This document shows, piece after piece, positions 38,524-50,231 of a stretch of 64,000 bases of DNA (position 1 is the stretch's first letter; each line of letters starts with the position of its first letter). A model generated the notes under the pieces. The model was not told where the DNA came from. It searched no databases and saw only the letters and a list, made by a program, of their open reading frames with translations. The position numbers and the translations under genes are program-made. Origin of the DNA: Puccinia triticina (Eukaryota). The stretch lies in the NCBI GenBank assembly GCA_026914245.1, contig CP110439.1:3100001-3164000 (forward strand), given 5' to 3'.

Positions 38524-39813
38524 CTAGACTGGGTTAGTTTGTTCTCTCCTTAATGCGTTAGCGTCTGGATCGGATTCGAACCGAGTCGGCAAGGGAGAGA
38601 GGACAGGCTTGGAAGGCAGTCCCAGCAACGTTTGGTAGGATCGTCGCTTGGGATCTTTGGCTCGAGCTTCCCTGGATTGTCGAACCTTTCTTTCCGGTCT
38701 GACTACAATCACAGGCTAGGGAGGCAAAGGGTCAGTATCCTGGATCTGAAGAAACATCAGATCGGAGTGGAAACTTACCACGGGTGAGCGGGCAACTAGG
38801 TATTGACTGGTAGAGCTGAGTGAAAACGCTTTCTGCCAAGCCGACGGGTTTTTTCCTCGGGTTCCGACGACCAGCGAATCTGGCCGATAAACCTCCAGCA
38901 TTCTGTAGACGTGAGGGGAAGGAAGGATGAATGCATGAGACTTTCAGTTTGAGAATGGGGGAGAAAATGAGAATTGGACGAACCGTTGGATAGTTTTGAT
39001 TGCAGGGCCGATGACGAATTCGACGGTGACAGTAATCTGACGGTCGTTTTTAGTCAATACGTGTCGAAGGACTTCCTGGGCTTCTGTTTTGGCATGTTCC
39101 TCCTTTTCGACATCCTTGTGAGCCGAGCCCCCCGGTTCTACGGCTTGAAGTACAACAACCTCATCGCCATGCTTTGAAAAGTCAAAATGAACTGAAATAA
39201 GCACGCCCTTTACAAAAAATAATGGTGCTGGAACGCTCCGCGGAAAAAGACTGACCTCTACCAAGGATGACATCAGCCAGTCAAGTGCTTGAATCGAGTA
39301 AGATTCGCCATCTGTGGCCACCAAGAAACATCTCGAGTCCCGACGGGGCTTGTAGTTTGAGCTCTTTGCTTGGAGGGTGAAGCTGTATTCGGCACCAGTC
39401 CCGCCACCGTTGGTCGGTTCTTCGGTTTCCATCGTTGAGAAGCCAACCCGCCGCTCATAGCCGGGTGGGAGGAGTTCTCCAGAGGAACGAGCGCGAGAGA
39501 GACTGGGCCGGGAAGGATAGCCCCCAGGGGTCAACGGCGAAGATGTTGACGGGGCGACGGCGGAACTCGGAAGACTGGGACTTGAAGCACTGCGCAATCC
39601 GTCTTGTGGCTCCTCGGAGTGTTTCGAAGGGGGCATGTGGGGGTTCTGGGGGCCTGGCGGAGCGGAGGTTGAGGATAGTTTGAGTGCAGAGCGGAGAGCA
39701 ACCGGTTTGCTGCTTGGGTCGGGCAGCGTGTGATGTTCCTCATGGCCGCTCGAGGATGGGAATGGAAGGTTGGTTTCGTGGGTATCGCTGGATGAGAGTG
39801 AGCCGGAGGTCAT
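38524..39813 (-). CDS. Universal stress protein (Usp) domain protein, multi-exon
   Basis: ATG at 39813. Motifs FLVATDGESYSIQALDW, GDEVVVLQAVE, EFVIG, PDSLVVGTRG, SQYLVARSPV and IVVRP. Confidence 0.85.
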
Positions 39814-40449
39814 TGTGTGGCTGGCGTGCGTTGGTGGCGGAGTGGTTCCTGGTGAGCCTGTGGCCGGCAGCAACCGCCTTTTGTCTATGGCCCGGCGCCC
39901 GCTTATGTAAGCCAGCTCCCCCTGCCCGGGCCTCCCGAGACTCCGACACAGCCCCACACTGCCCTGTTCCCCACCCACTGAAGGGTGGCAGTCCGAATGG
40001 GAAGACCCGTGTTTCACCCAGGAGACTCCGTTGAGACTTCTGCGCTCTGCAGAGCTGCGGTGGAGAATGTGCTGCATACATAGCATGAGCCGTTCACCAA
40101 AAGGCGCAGTCGGATGATGATCTTTTGGTGGCAGCATTGCTATGCAGGATCCACCCCGTCAGCACGATGCCAGCACTGACACTCAATGAGATGGGTGGAT
40201 GTCTCCACATAGCCTTGCGCTAGATCAGGCACACGCATCACAGTTGCTTTTCTCTCAAGCAAGAAAGAATTCGCGGTCTCCCGTCTGAGGCATTCAAGTC
40301 ATTGAGCAGCGCTCACCGCCCATGATTGTTTTGTGTTTTTTTCGATGCGTGTCCAAAACGAGTTTACTAGCAATGGATCCAAGCGCTCAGAGGGATTTTA
40401 CATCATAACAACGGGCAACATATTTTTGAAAAAGGAAACAGTCACAGAT

Positions 40450-42024
40450 CTAGCGGCTTCCAAAGCTGAAGGACGGTGTCGAGCTTTTCTCGGGAGATTT
40501 GGCGGCCGGTGTAGCACTAGCAGCCGGGTTCGGGATGCCGAAAAGCGAGCCGCCACCGAAGATGGTTGGCTTGTTCGAGTTAGATTGAGCACTGCTCTGG
40601 GATCCAAAGAGACCCGGGGTTGGCGGGGTGGCCGTCGAGGCAGACTTGCCGAACAGACTGGTGGCAGCGGCGGTTGGGACAGTTTTCCCAAATAGAGTGG
40701 GAGTGGACGTCGTCGAGCTTGATGCCGGAGTGATGTTGGTGACTAATGGGCTACTAGTGGCCGGAGTCGCGCCGAACAGACCAGCTGGAGCCGTGTTGGT
40801 AGTCGTGGGTGGCTTTGGAGAGCCTGAGCGACTGGCTGGGGCGGGAGATATGGCGCGTGCCTTTCCAGAACCGCTGGTAGTGCTGGTAGGGCCATTGTCG
40901 AGTAGAGAAGGCTGCAATTGAGCGGTGGTGTTGATTGGCTGAGTGGCTTGAGTGGCTTGGGCGGCGGACTTGACTGGCACGTTGACTTGATCGGAGGTTT
41001 TTATTGGTTGAGTAGCTGGAATGACGGGTGGGGCGGCAGATTCTTTGGGAGCCGAAGAGGAAGACTCCTTAGATGCGACAGGTTGGTCTGCTCGAGTGCT
41101 TGACAAACCACTTTCACGATGCAATTGTGATTTCTCCGGCGGATTCTGGCGTTTTGCTGGTACGTTTGCTGGGTGTGGTTGCTCAGCTGACTGTCGTGCG
41201 GCGTGTGCCATACCGGAGACATTTGTAGAGAGGTTGGGGTCATTGGGTGGGTGGGTGACATCGCCTTCTTCAGTGACGGGAGCCTGAAGCGATTCGGCCA
41301 CTTCGCTCGGCGGATGGGTGGTGATGGGATCTTCGTCAAAGACTGTGTTTCTTAAATGCTCGAATTGGATTCTGGCGGCAGCGGCTACTTCACGCGAGGT
41401 GACGGGTCTATCGCTGGGAGCTAGGGTATCAAGGCACTGGCTAGTGGCGGCGTAGAGTTGACTGTTTCCCCGTCCGACCGCAATTTGGAATAATGCTCCC
41501 AACAACGTGTCTTCGTTGATAACGAATCCGCTGGCCACTAATTCGTTTACGCCCTTGTACATTCGGTCGTAAAGCGTGGTGAGGTGATGAGGCTCGCTGA
41601 TTTCCGCGTGGACGTTGAACAAATCGACTAGGGCTGCCATATGAGATGTACGATTGTTGCGTAGGAACTGTGCTTTGAGGGCGTTGTACGCGTCATGAGC
41701 AGAGGTGGTATCATTGATGCAAGATCGTAGCTCGCGTGGGATGGTCCAGTATATCAAGTTACGCGCTATTTTATCTTCGGCCTTGCTGTAAGGGGCGACG
41801 GGGGTTCCCTGGAGGTATTTCTCGCGATCGACCAAGTCCGAGAGGGTTTTGTCGATCTCGCCGACCCACTCGTGTATGTTGGCTCCATCCGGGCGAAGAG
41901 GGATGATGTCGGTAGCAAAGTCTCTGATGGCTTCCATGGTGCGTATGGAAGCAAGGATAGGATCCTGAGGGTCATCGCCCGCGGTCTTGCAGCTGGTGCC
42001 ACTTTGATTGCTGGAGGAGGTCAT
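40450..42024 (-). CDS. Intronless Ty1/copia Gag-like domain protein with C-terminal FG/GLFG repeats
   Basis: N-terminal PLRPDGANIHEW..DKIARNLIYWTIPRELR..SAHDAYNALKAQF..LVDLF fits the copia Gag (UBN2-type) pattern. The tail contains GLFG, TLFG, SLFG, GLFG, TIFG, SLFG and FSFG. No LTR, pol or zinc knuckle seen. Confidence 0.72.
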   Translation of the reverse strand: MTSSSNQSGTSCKTAGDDPQDPILASIRTMEAIRDFATDIIPLRPDGANIHEWVGEIDKTLSDLVDREKYLQGTPVAPYSKAEDKIARNLIYWTIPRELRSCINDTTSAHDAYNALKAQFLRNNRTSHMAALVDLFNVHAEISEPHHLTTLYDRMYKGVNELVASGFVINEDTLLGALFQIAVGRGNSQLYAATSQCLDTLAPSDRPVTSREVAAAARIQFEHLRNTVFDEDPITTHPPSEVAESLQAPVTEEGDVTHPPNDPNLSTNVSGMAHAARQSAEQPHPANVPAKRQNPPEKSQLHRESGLSSTRADQPVASKESSSSAPKESAAPPVIPATQPIKTSDQVNVPVKSAAQATQATQPINTTAQLQPSLLDNGPTSTTSGSGKARAISPAPASRSGSPKPPTTTNTAPAGLFGATPATSSPLVTNITPASSSTTSTPTLFGKTVPTAAATSLFGKSASTATPPTPGLFGSQSSAQSNSNKPTIFGGGSLFGIPNPAASATPAAKSPEKSSTPSFSFGSR

Positions 42025-45000
42025 GATCTGGGGTGTGGGACGAAGGGGGAAGTCAAGAGGGAGCAAACAATATATTCGACTCAGTATTCTAGGAGGGATC
42101 AAACTGAATGGTTAGCTATGAGGAGCAGCTTGGACGGACAGACCGACCTTGGTGGGTATCCGAGTTCGTTTCTATCCCAAGCAGAACGGCAACGCCCAAG
42201 TTCCAGCTTCACAAGGGGAGGTATAAATAAAGGCGGGAGGATCTGGAACACGGTAGATGTAGAAACAACAAGTCCTTTGTACGCGAACCCATCTTCGCGA
42301 ACGCGCTGCATAATAAGTCTGAGAGTTCTGTCAATGGGAAGATGTATAATCACACTTTGTTACAAATATGTATGGTGTTCAACATGATTTTCAAACCACT
42401 TTCCACATAAAATCCAATACATATCTACATGTCCAACTTTCAAAAGTTGTAGAGGGTGACAGAGGACCCAAAACCCCTATAGACCCCCTATGTATGGGGG
42501 TTGATTGTTTTTTGCAAAAACCCAAAACGGTAGGCACAAAAATGGTACAAATGGGCTTTTTTGCCCTCAATGGTAAGCACTTCAAGTGGATGAAATTTTT
42601 CCTGGGTAAGAGAGGGTAGTAACTGAGATGTATGAAACTCCTGAGAGTGCACCAGAAAAGCCTCCCCACCTCCCACTCAGAAGCACACCTTGGCTTACTA
42701 GATTGGTGCCCCAGGTTGTTTTCTTTTTGCACCCCCCCCCCCCTTGGCAGCAATTGTAGGCATTAAAAATGTATGAAAAACTGGGAAATCCCTTAAGTGT
42801 AGTCACAAAACCTGTATGAATGGAGTCAAAATATGTATGGATTTTGGTGAAATTCTGTATTTTACATTGCCCCCATTTATGGGGAGTTTCCTTTGTCCTG
42901 GTGAAAGTTGAGGATTTTCTTCTTTTCAAACACCTCTCAAAAGTTTGATATGAAATCTTATGATTTTACGTAAAATGATACACAAAAATCAACTTTTTAG
43001 GACACCCTAAATGACATAGAATTGTTGAACATTGTGGGTTTCAGACTCAAATAAACTGCAGACTCCAAATAATGGCTACCATTGGCTTCAATTTTGCAAA
43101 ATTGCTACTTTGATTGTCCTCTACGAAAATTAATAGCAAGAGCAGGGTTCAAGTTCAACTGTTTAAATTCTTCACTTTTGGACTCAAGACTGCATTTTGG
43201 TGATTTTCAGTTTTAGTTATAAGAATTTGTGTTGAAGCTATGCCAAACGGGCAATCAAAGGCCTTGTGGAAAAAGGCTCCAAGGCAAAGAACAGAGACAA
43301 ACAAGCCCTCTTTGAGGGCTAAGGCTGATAGGTTGTGAGGAGGAAAAAGGCTCATCACTACAAGAGATTCAAAGGGTCTCAGGGAAAAGGCACAGAAGAC
43401 TGATGATTGATTTCCATGTACACAGAGAAAATTTAAGCTATTACATCCAAGGGGACAAGATGTGGGACAGAAGGTGACAAATTGCATATTCATTCTGGAG
43501 AGATAGAAAGGAGTGACAGGGAGTGAAAGGAGTGACAGAGAAGAAAGAGAAGAACAGAGACCGGGAGATGATGAAGTTCCAACAATTTGTTAGCAAGATA
43601 AATTTAGAAGATTTGAATTTTCATGCCCTATTGCCCTATGGTACAGGCCCAAGTCCCTCCTTTGGAGTCTCACAGACTTTCTTTGTCTTCTGCACACATG
43701 AAGGTGTTCCATCTCTCTTCCCACTGTTCTTTGTTGAAACTCAAACTGTATTGCTTCTATCCCTCCTCTTTCCTGTTCCAAGGCTCATTATTCCGCTTCT
43801 CTACAAAAAAGCTGACCCAGCCCGCCACTCAATCCTACCCTCACTCCAAAACAACAATTTTTCCTAATTTGGCAATCTCTTTCATGCATTTTTCTGTTTC
43901 CTATCCCAAAACATGCACTGTTAACACACCCACATTCCACGTCCAACACAGATCTATTTGCAATGGACCTGGTCCGCCAAAATCAATCCACCAAGTGCAA
44001 AAACAAAAAAACAAAAATTGCAGCCTGTATTCCAGGCAACTGTTATGGTCTGTTCTAGTGGAGAGGAAGATAGAGTCTGGGGTCTGGGGTTCTGAGGGTT
44101 CTGGATCCAAGATGGTAGATTGCCGGATGAGGAAGAGGCTTGGATCTCCAGGCTCTTGAACCTTGAGAATGGTTGGTGACATGTACATGTAGTCTATGTA
44201 CATGTGAGTCTGCGCTGCGGAGCCCGTGCTGCAGCTCATAACAGTAAACCACTTGTAATCTGGCCAGATCAAGAATTTTGAAATCAAACTACCAAACACA
44301 TCACTGGATTGGATGTATGAGACAACCAATCCAGGCAATTTCCAAGGTCTGCCTGGCAAGTTGGCACAAGCTGGTACCGGCTTGGACAATGTGGTACACA
44401 TCCCTCAAGCTTCACCTGCCGCTTTGCACGAGCAAAGCAGGAAAATTGTGTGGGCTTGCCAAGCAGGAAATACCCCTGTCAAGCTGGAGTATCCCCCAAG
44501 CTTTATTGGTCCCATTGCTGGGGTGAAAAGCATGAAACTTGTACCTGCTTCTGGGGGTTGTCTGTGCCAACTTGGAACTGAATGCGCACAAGCCATTTGT
44601 GAATGATTTCATTTGGCTGGGGATGTACTGGGTGCCAATTACTTGCTTGCCAAGCAGGCGGCCTCCGCGGCCAGTCAAGGTACCTCAAGCTTCATTGGGC
44701 CTGGTGATCCGCCACCGTGGAGCTCTCATTGAGAGCTCCAAGAGGATATATCAGGCTTGGGTAGCTTGCAGGCCGTTTTAACAATTTGTGGGTGTGCCTA
44801 GAAAATCTGTATGGATAACTGGTACAAAAGGAGGGCCAGTTTAATCTACTTGCCAAGCAGAAATCACCCGATCTGAGTGGTTACACAGTGGAGTTGATAC
44901 CAGCTGGGAGATGGGTGTGCCATAATTTATGCTGGAAGAATGGAAATTACCACAGAATGACCAGTGCGTGGCATTTTCTCAGTATGCCTCTATTAGCAAA

Positions 45001-45483
45001 GGACCCATGATGTAATTGGTTACACATTGAAAGCAAGCGCAGTCACTGCAGAAGCTGCACAGTTACTGCAGATGTAACCCCAACACACTTGTGTGGGTGT
45101 TGCAACACATGATTCAACATTAAATTCCTTGCCGTGTGAGCTGTATCCACAGGAATGTGGTCTACCCAATTTTCACATTACCACACTCATAGTCAAGCTC
45201 TCCAGTAGATTGATCCTGGACTCAGGGGGGCGGGGTTTTGATTTTCTTTACATATTCATATGAGACAATGAAATGGACTTCACACAATTCATCATTGGTT
45301 TCTGTAACTTTTTTCCTTTTGTTGTTTTGTTCAACTGGCAAAATAAGGTATCCTAGATAAGAATGAGGGATATAAGGTTGAACCTGAAAAAGAAAAGGAG
45401 AAAAGGGTGACAGGGCCAACAAGAAAGAACAGGGACACAAGAAGTTCAGGAGGCGGGCAGAAAGCCGAGGGGAGCATGGTGGC

Positions 45484-47019
45484 CTAAGGGTGATTCTGGG
45501 AATGAACCTTCTTTGAAGATGTTGATTTACCACCCGCAGATTTGCCCTCCTTCGAAGAGACGGGTTCTGCGGAGTTTGCCCTTCTCTCAGCCGAAGGTGC
45601 GTTGAGGGAGCTAGAAGAGGTCGAGTTATATGGATGGAAAGATTTAGAGAGATTGGAATCGTTGGGCACACTGTGGTTACCGGATCCGGTGGCACTGGGA
45701 ACGAGTAGATGAGAAGTCGAGTTCACCGGGGTCGATCTGCTGAGTGTACTTTCAGGGTGCTCGGTAGCTTGCTTGGTGACTGGGGCCTGAGTAACCGTGG
45801 GCTCTGATGGTGGTTGCTGAGCGGCGTTGGCTTGGCAGACATTAACACTCGGAGGCGGTACCTGGAGAGCATATGGTTGATTTGCTTGCTGTTGGGGGGC
45901 CGACACTTGGTGCCCAGACTGATTGGCCCAGACGTTGGTGCCATTGGCGTTGTAGGTGGGATCAGTTACTTGTGGGCCAGAGTTCGAGGAAAGTATATGA
46001 GTCGGCACGGGCTGATGAATGTGTGGACCTGAAGATTCATTGGGAAAACATCCGTGTTGCTGTTGGACCAAGTAAGGGTGCTGTGTTGGGTGCGAATGAT
46101 TTGCATAGAGCTCTTGGTGTTGCGCGTTCGCACTTGCCTGAAATCGGGTGGCGGCATCGTTATTCACGTTTAGTTCGGCCGCTTGTTGAGCCAGAGTCGT
46201 GAGATTTGGCTCCGCAGTTTGTTGGGCATGGGGCTGGACTCCTTCGTTAAAAGCTTGCGGGGCTGGTGATGCATCATCAGGCTGGTGGACGAACGCCGCT
46301 TCGTCAGAGGCGGACATGATCGGACCCATATTTTCGATCTGCATCCTTGCGACGGCCGCCACCTCTTGTGAAGTGACCGAAGTGTTCCCGCGGCTCATCC
46401 TGGTATCGAAATATTGGCTGACGGCGGAGTAGAGCTCGAGGTTCGAACGGCCGAGAGCGATTTGAAACAGAGCTCCCAGTAGCGCGTCCTCAGTCACGGT
46501 GAATCCGCTGGCCACCAGTTCACGCAAGCCTCTGTATATTTGGTCGTAGAGAAGGCTGATCTGGCCGGCCTCGGTGACTTCCATCCTGAAGTTGAACAGG
46601 TCGACCAGAGCTGACATGTGGGCGGTACGCGTGTTTCGGAGGAATTGGGAAGCAATGGCATCGTAGGCAGCGTGGGCCGAAGACGCGTCGCGCAAGGAGT
46701 AGCGCAATTCGCGAGGGATGGTCCGATAGATCAAACTGCGCGCCACTTTGTCTTCTGTCTTATTCAATGGGACCGGCGGAGTTGACTGGAGATATTTTTC
46801 ACGGTCAACCAAATCTGCTAAGGTTTCATCGAGTTCGTTCACCCAGGCTTTCAGATTGCTCCCGTCAGTCCGAAGAGGAGTGATGTCCCTAGAGAGCTCT
46901 CTGATCGCCTCAATCCGACGAATCGAAAGGAATATTGAATCTTGACCTTCGTCTGCTGGCACTGGAGTATCTTCTTCCTTCACGTCCGGGGACTGGGCGT
47001 CGGTATTGCCGGGGGCCAT
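45484..47019 (-). CDS. Intronless Ty1/copia Gag-like paralogue with a Q/P/S-rich low-complexity tail
   Basis: 511-aa ATG ORF. The first ~230 aa align essentially gap-free with 40450-42024 (DLVDREKYLQ, TIPRELR, QFLRN.RT.HM.ALVDLFN, LLGALFQIA.GR.N). The tail is unrelated. Confidence 0.72.
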   Translation of the reverse strand: MAPGNTDAQSPDVKEEDTPVPADEGQDSIFLSIRRIEAIRELSRDITPLRTDGSNLKAWVNELDETLADLVDREKYLQSTPPVPLNKTEDKVARSLIYRTIPRELRYSLRDASSAHAAYDAIASQFLRNTRTAHMSALVDLFNFRMEVTEAGQISLLYDQIYRGLRELVASGFTVTEDALLGALFQIALGRSNLELYSAVSQYFDTRMSRGNTSVTSQEVAAVARMQIENMGPIMSASDEAAFVHQPDDASPAPQAFNEGVQPHAQQTAEPNLTTLAQQAAELNVNNDAATRFQASANAQHQELYANHSHPTQHPYLVQQQHGCFPNESSGPHIHQPVPTHILSSNSGPQVTDPTYNANGTNVWANQSGHQVSAPQQQANQPYALQVPPPSVNVCQANAAQQPPSEPTVTQAPVTKQATEHPESTLSRSTPVNSTSHLLVPSATGSGNHSVPNDSNLSKSFHPYNSTSSSSLNAPSAERRANSAEPVSSKEGKSAGGKSTSSKKVHSQNHP

Positions 47020-47422
47020 GATAGAGGAACTAGACAGTCGGAGCCGAGATGGGGGTTTCTTTAAAACTGTATGCTCCGGTTTGAGCAGTCGGAAATTATG
47101 GGGATGAAATCTTTATATGGCTGGCTGGATCTCAGAGACTATCAAGGTCAGAAGCAGGTGGGCAAATGACAGAGGCCTGCTTATCAACCAGCCAAAGGGT
47201 CCTTGAACCCTGTGGTCCGCATCCAGAGGCTCGAGTTGCTATTTTCTATGAAAGGGCCAATTTGAATATTCAAATATCTCATCTTACATACATATTTGTT
47301 ATGTCCGGTATTTTGGTAAATACAGTTCTCGATGTAGCATGTTGACTTGGGTGTTTCTACTTCCGTGAATATCCGTCGGACAACCCACACGCAGTTAGAC
47401 CAATTCGAACCTTTCCACCGCC

Positions 47423-49281
47423 ATGCCTTCAGCCTCGTCCCTGGAAACTTACCAGACTCCATTGGCCTCCAGATATGCATCTGTTGGTCAGTTATTAGTT
47501 TTTTTTTTTTTTAAATCTCCATGATAAGGAAATGGGCAGCTGATGATTTTTTTAATTTTCCTCTGCGACAGAAATGTCGAGCTTATTTTCGAGCCAAACT
47601 CGGTTTGGCACTTGGCGGCAGCTATGGCTCTCTCTAGCTGAAGCAGAAAAGGAACTTGGTTTGCCCATCTCCGAAGAAGCGATTTCAGAAATGAGGGCCA
47701 ATCTGGTACTTTTCCCACCCTCTATGTAGTGTTGGTTGGAGTCTTACGACCGAAAAGCTTTTTGTTTGTTTGTTTCTCGAAGGTTTTGGACCACAAACAA
47801 ATGGAAATAGCCGCTGAGGAGGAGCGTAAGAGAAGACACGATGTCATGGCCCACGTCCACACATTTGGTCTGGTAAGATTCCTCGCTTGCATTATGTTTT
47901 CTGGGTCTAATTGATTTCATCTTCCGATTTACCAGGTCTGCCCGAAGGCTGCGCCGATTATCCATCTTGGTGCCACATCTTGCTACGTCACAGACAACGC
48001 CGATCTCATTTTCCTACGCAGAGGCTTTGAAATCCTGATACCCAAACTGGCCGTAGTCATTTCGCGACTAACAAAGTTTGCGGAAGAATACAAAAACTTA
48101 CCCACGCTGGGTTGGACGCACTTCCAGCCAGCACAGTTGACGACCGTCGGGAAACGAGCGACCCTGTGGATCCAAGAGCTATTGATGGACTTGAGGAATC
48201 TGGTACGAGCCAACGAGGATCTAGGTTTCCGTGGGGTCAAGGGTACAACTGGGACCCAGGCTTCATTCCTGGCACTCTTTGATGGCAACCATGAATTAGT
48301 CGAAAAACTCGATGAGCTGGTCACCAAGAAATCCGGGTTCAAATTCGCCTATCCGGTCTCAGGTCAGACTTACAGTCGCAAGATTGACATCGATTCCTTG
48401 GCTCCACTCTCTTCCCTCGGCGCCACCGCTCATAAAATCGCCACCGACATCCGATTATTGGCCAATCTCAAAGAAATCGAGGAGCCTTTCGAGTCTAGCC
48501 AAATAGGAAGTAGCGCAATGGCATACAAACGGAACCCGATGCGCTGTGAGCGCATCTGTTCACTCGCTAGACATCTTATGGTCCTGCAAGTCAGTATTTT
48601 CTATTCAGACTCATCATTCCCTATGCCTTTTCTGTTTCTGATCCCATTCCCCGTACTTTTTTCTCCTTCGAAGCAAAATGCGATGATGACCGCCTCGGTA
48701 CAATGGTTTGAGAGAACCCTAGATGACTCTGCGAATCGACGAGTTACGATTCCAGAGGCCTTTTTAACGGCAGACATCATCCTCACCACCTTACAAAACG
48801 TTAGCGAAGGGATGGTCGTCTACCCAGCCATCATCTCGCGACACATTCATGCCGAGCTACCGTTCATGGCCACAGAAAACATCATAATGGAGATGGTCAG
48901 GTTGGGAGGAGATCGACAACATTGCCACGAGCAGATCAGAGTGTTGAGTCATCAGGCCGCGAAAGTGATCAAAGAGGAAGGTGGAGATAACGACTTGATC
49001 GAGCGTATCAGAAAAGACCCGTTCTTCGAGCCAATCCATTCCAAATTGGACCAACTACTCGACCCAACAACCTTCATAGGTCGCGCTCCCCAACAAGTCG
49101 ACCACTTTATCAAAGGTCATTCTCAGATTCAAATCCGTTTCTATTCGAATAACGTTGTCATGTGTTGACCTCTCCCTAACTAATTTTCATGGCATTCTCC
49201 CTCACAGATTGGGTGACACCAGCGCTCGCACCTTACCAAGAGTACATACATGCTTCAGAACACGCTGTGCTCCATGTTTAG
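47423..49281 (+). CDS. ADE13: Adenylosuccinate lyase, multi-exon
   Basis: Motifs [76 protein letters not shown] and [11 protein letters not shown]. Stop TAG at 49279-49281. Confidence 0.96.
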
Positions 49282-49500
49282 GTACTCGCTGGCTCTTGAA
49301 GAATAAGCCAAGGAACACAAATAGGGCCAGTCTTGCGGATATGTTTATCCTTTTACCCTTTTCCCTCCGCATTTTCGAACTCGTAGGCAGTTAGTTCAAT
49401 CAACTCCGCTACACACGAGCGTCGGGCACGTAAATAGCTAGCAGATTTTTTTTCTTGGATCCATTTGCATACACCACGGGATGATTGGCGAACTTGCATT

Positions 49501-49873
49501 GATTTGGTCTCCACTCATCTCCTCCTATTTCGCCAAAATCTAAGTCCTATTAATCTCCTTCTCACTGACACTGTGGAAAGGATTGAAGGTAGCTTTGAAA
49601 CTTGCATTTGTGTTTACTTTGTTGTGCCTCCTTGAGCATTTGTCCTCGCATGCATTCAGAAAAGAAAGGGTCTTCTGCACACGGATGTCCATCCCCTGGA
49701 CAGAAACCTACAGCGTGATATCACAGTTTATAACGCGTTTAACCCCCCGAAAAAATAGAGAAAGAAAAGATGGCAGATAAGTCGGTACAACATGCATGAG
49801 TCACATAGCTTATGCTTTGCCGGGTTTCCATCAGCCAAAATTTGTTAAATCAGGGTGCCAAGCTCTTTGCACA
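49501..49873 (+). repeat. Diverged duplicate of the MCD4 3' end and downstream region (56575-57003)
   Basis: GATTTGGTCTC.ACTCATC..CTATTTCGCCAAAATC.AAGTCC..TTCTCACTGACA..TTGAAACTTGCATTTGTG..CAGAAAAGAAAG..AAGCTCTTTG is collinear in both places, with one internal indel. Confidence 0.8.
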
Positions 49874-50127
49874 ATGTGTGCACTGGAAGCAGAGAGAATA
49901 CACAGCCCTGAGAGAAAAACTCCCTGTCAGTTGACATGCAAGAAGAAGGTTCATGCTTTAACCTGAACCTGAGTTCTTCTAGGTTAATTCCATGTGTTCT
50001 TCCAGATTAGCTCAGCATGGCCTGGTGCTAAGCCACACCAGCTCACTGCAGCTCAGTTCTCAACATGAATGAACACAGTCCTTCAGGAAATCCTCAAAAG
50101 GACAATGCGCTCCAATCTGCCATGGGT

Positions 50128-50231
50128 GGCCTCATACATCTCGACCAGCCCTCATACATCTCGACCAGGCCTCATACATCTCGACCAGGCCTCATACATC
50201 TCGACCAGGCCTCATACATCTCGACCAGGCC
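50128..50231. repeat. 20-bp minisatellite GGCCTCATACATCTCGACCA x5
   Basis: Five near-identical tandem units read directly. Confidence 0.95.

Noticed and set aside
39814..40137. N-terminal extension of the USP ORF
   Set aside because: It reads like promoter/UTR sequence. The ATG at 39813 is the more plausible start.
42350..45200. ORFs and GCTTGCCAAGC motifs between the gag-like genes
   Set aside because: The short ORFs have no recognisable domains. This is probably decayed TE sequence whose ends I could not define.
40450..47019. A full LTR retrotransposon around the gag-like ORFs
   Set aside because: No TG..CA direct repeats, PBS/PPT, or protease/integrase/RT motifs were found by eye.
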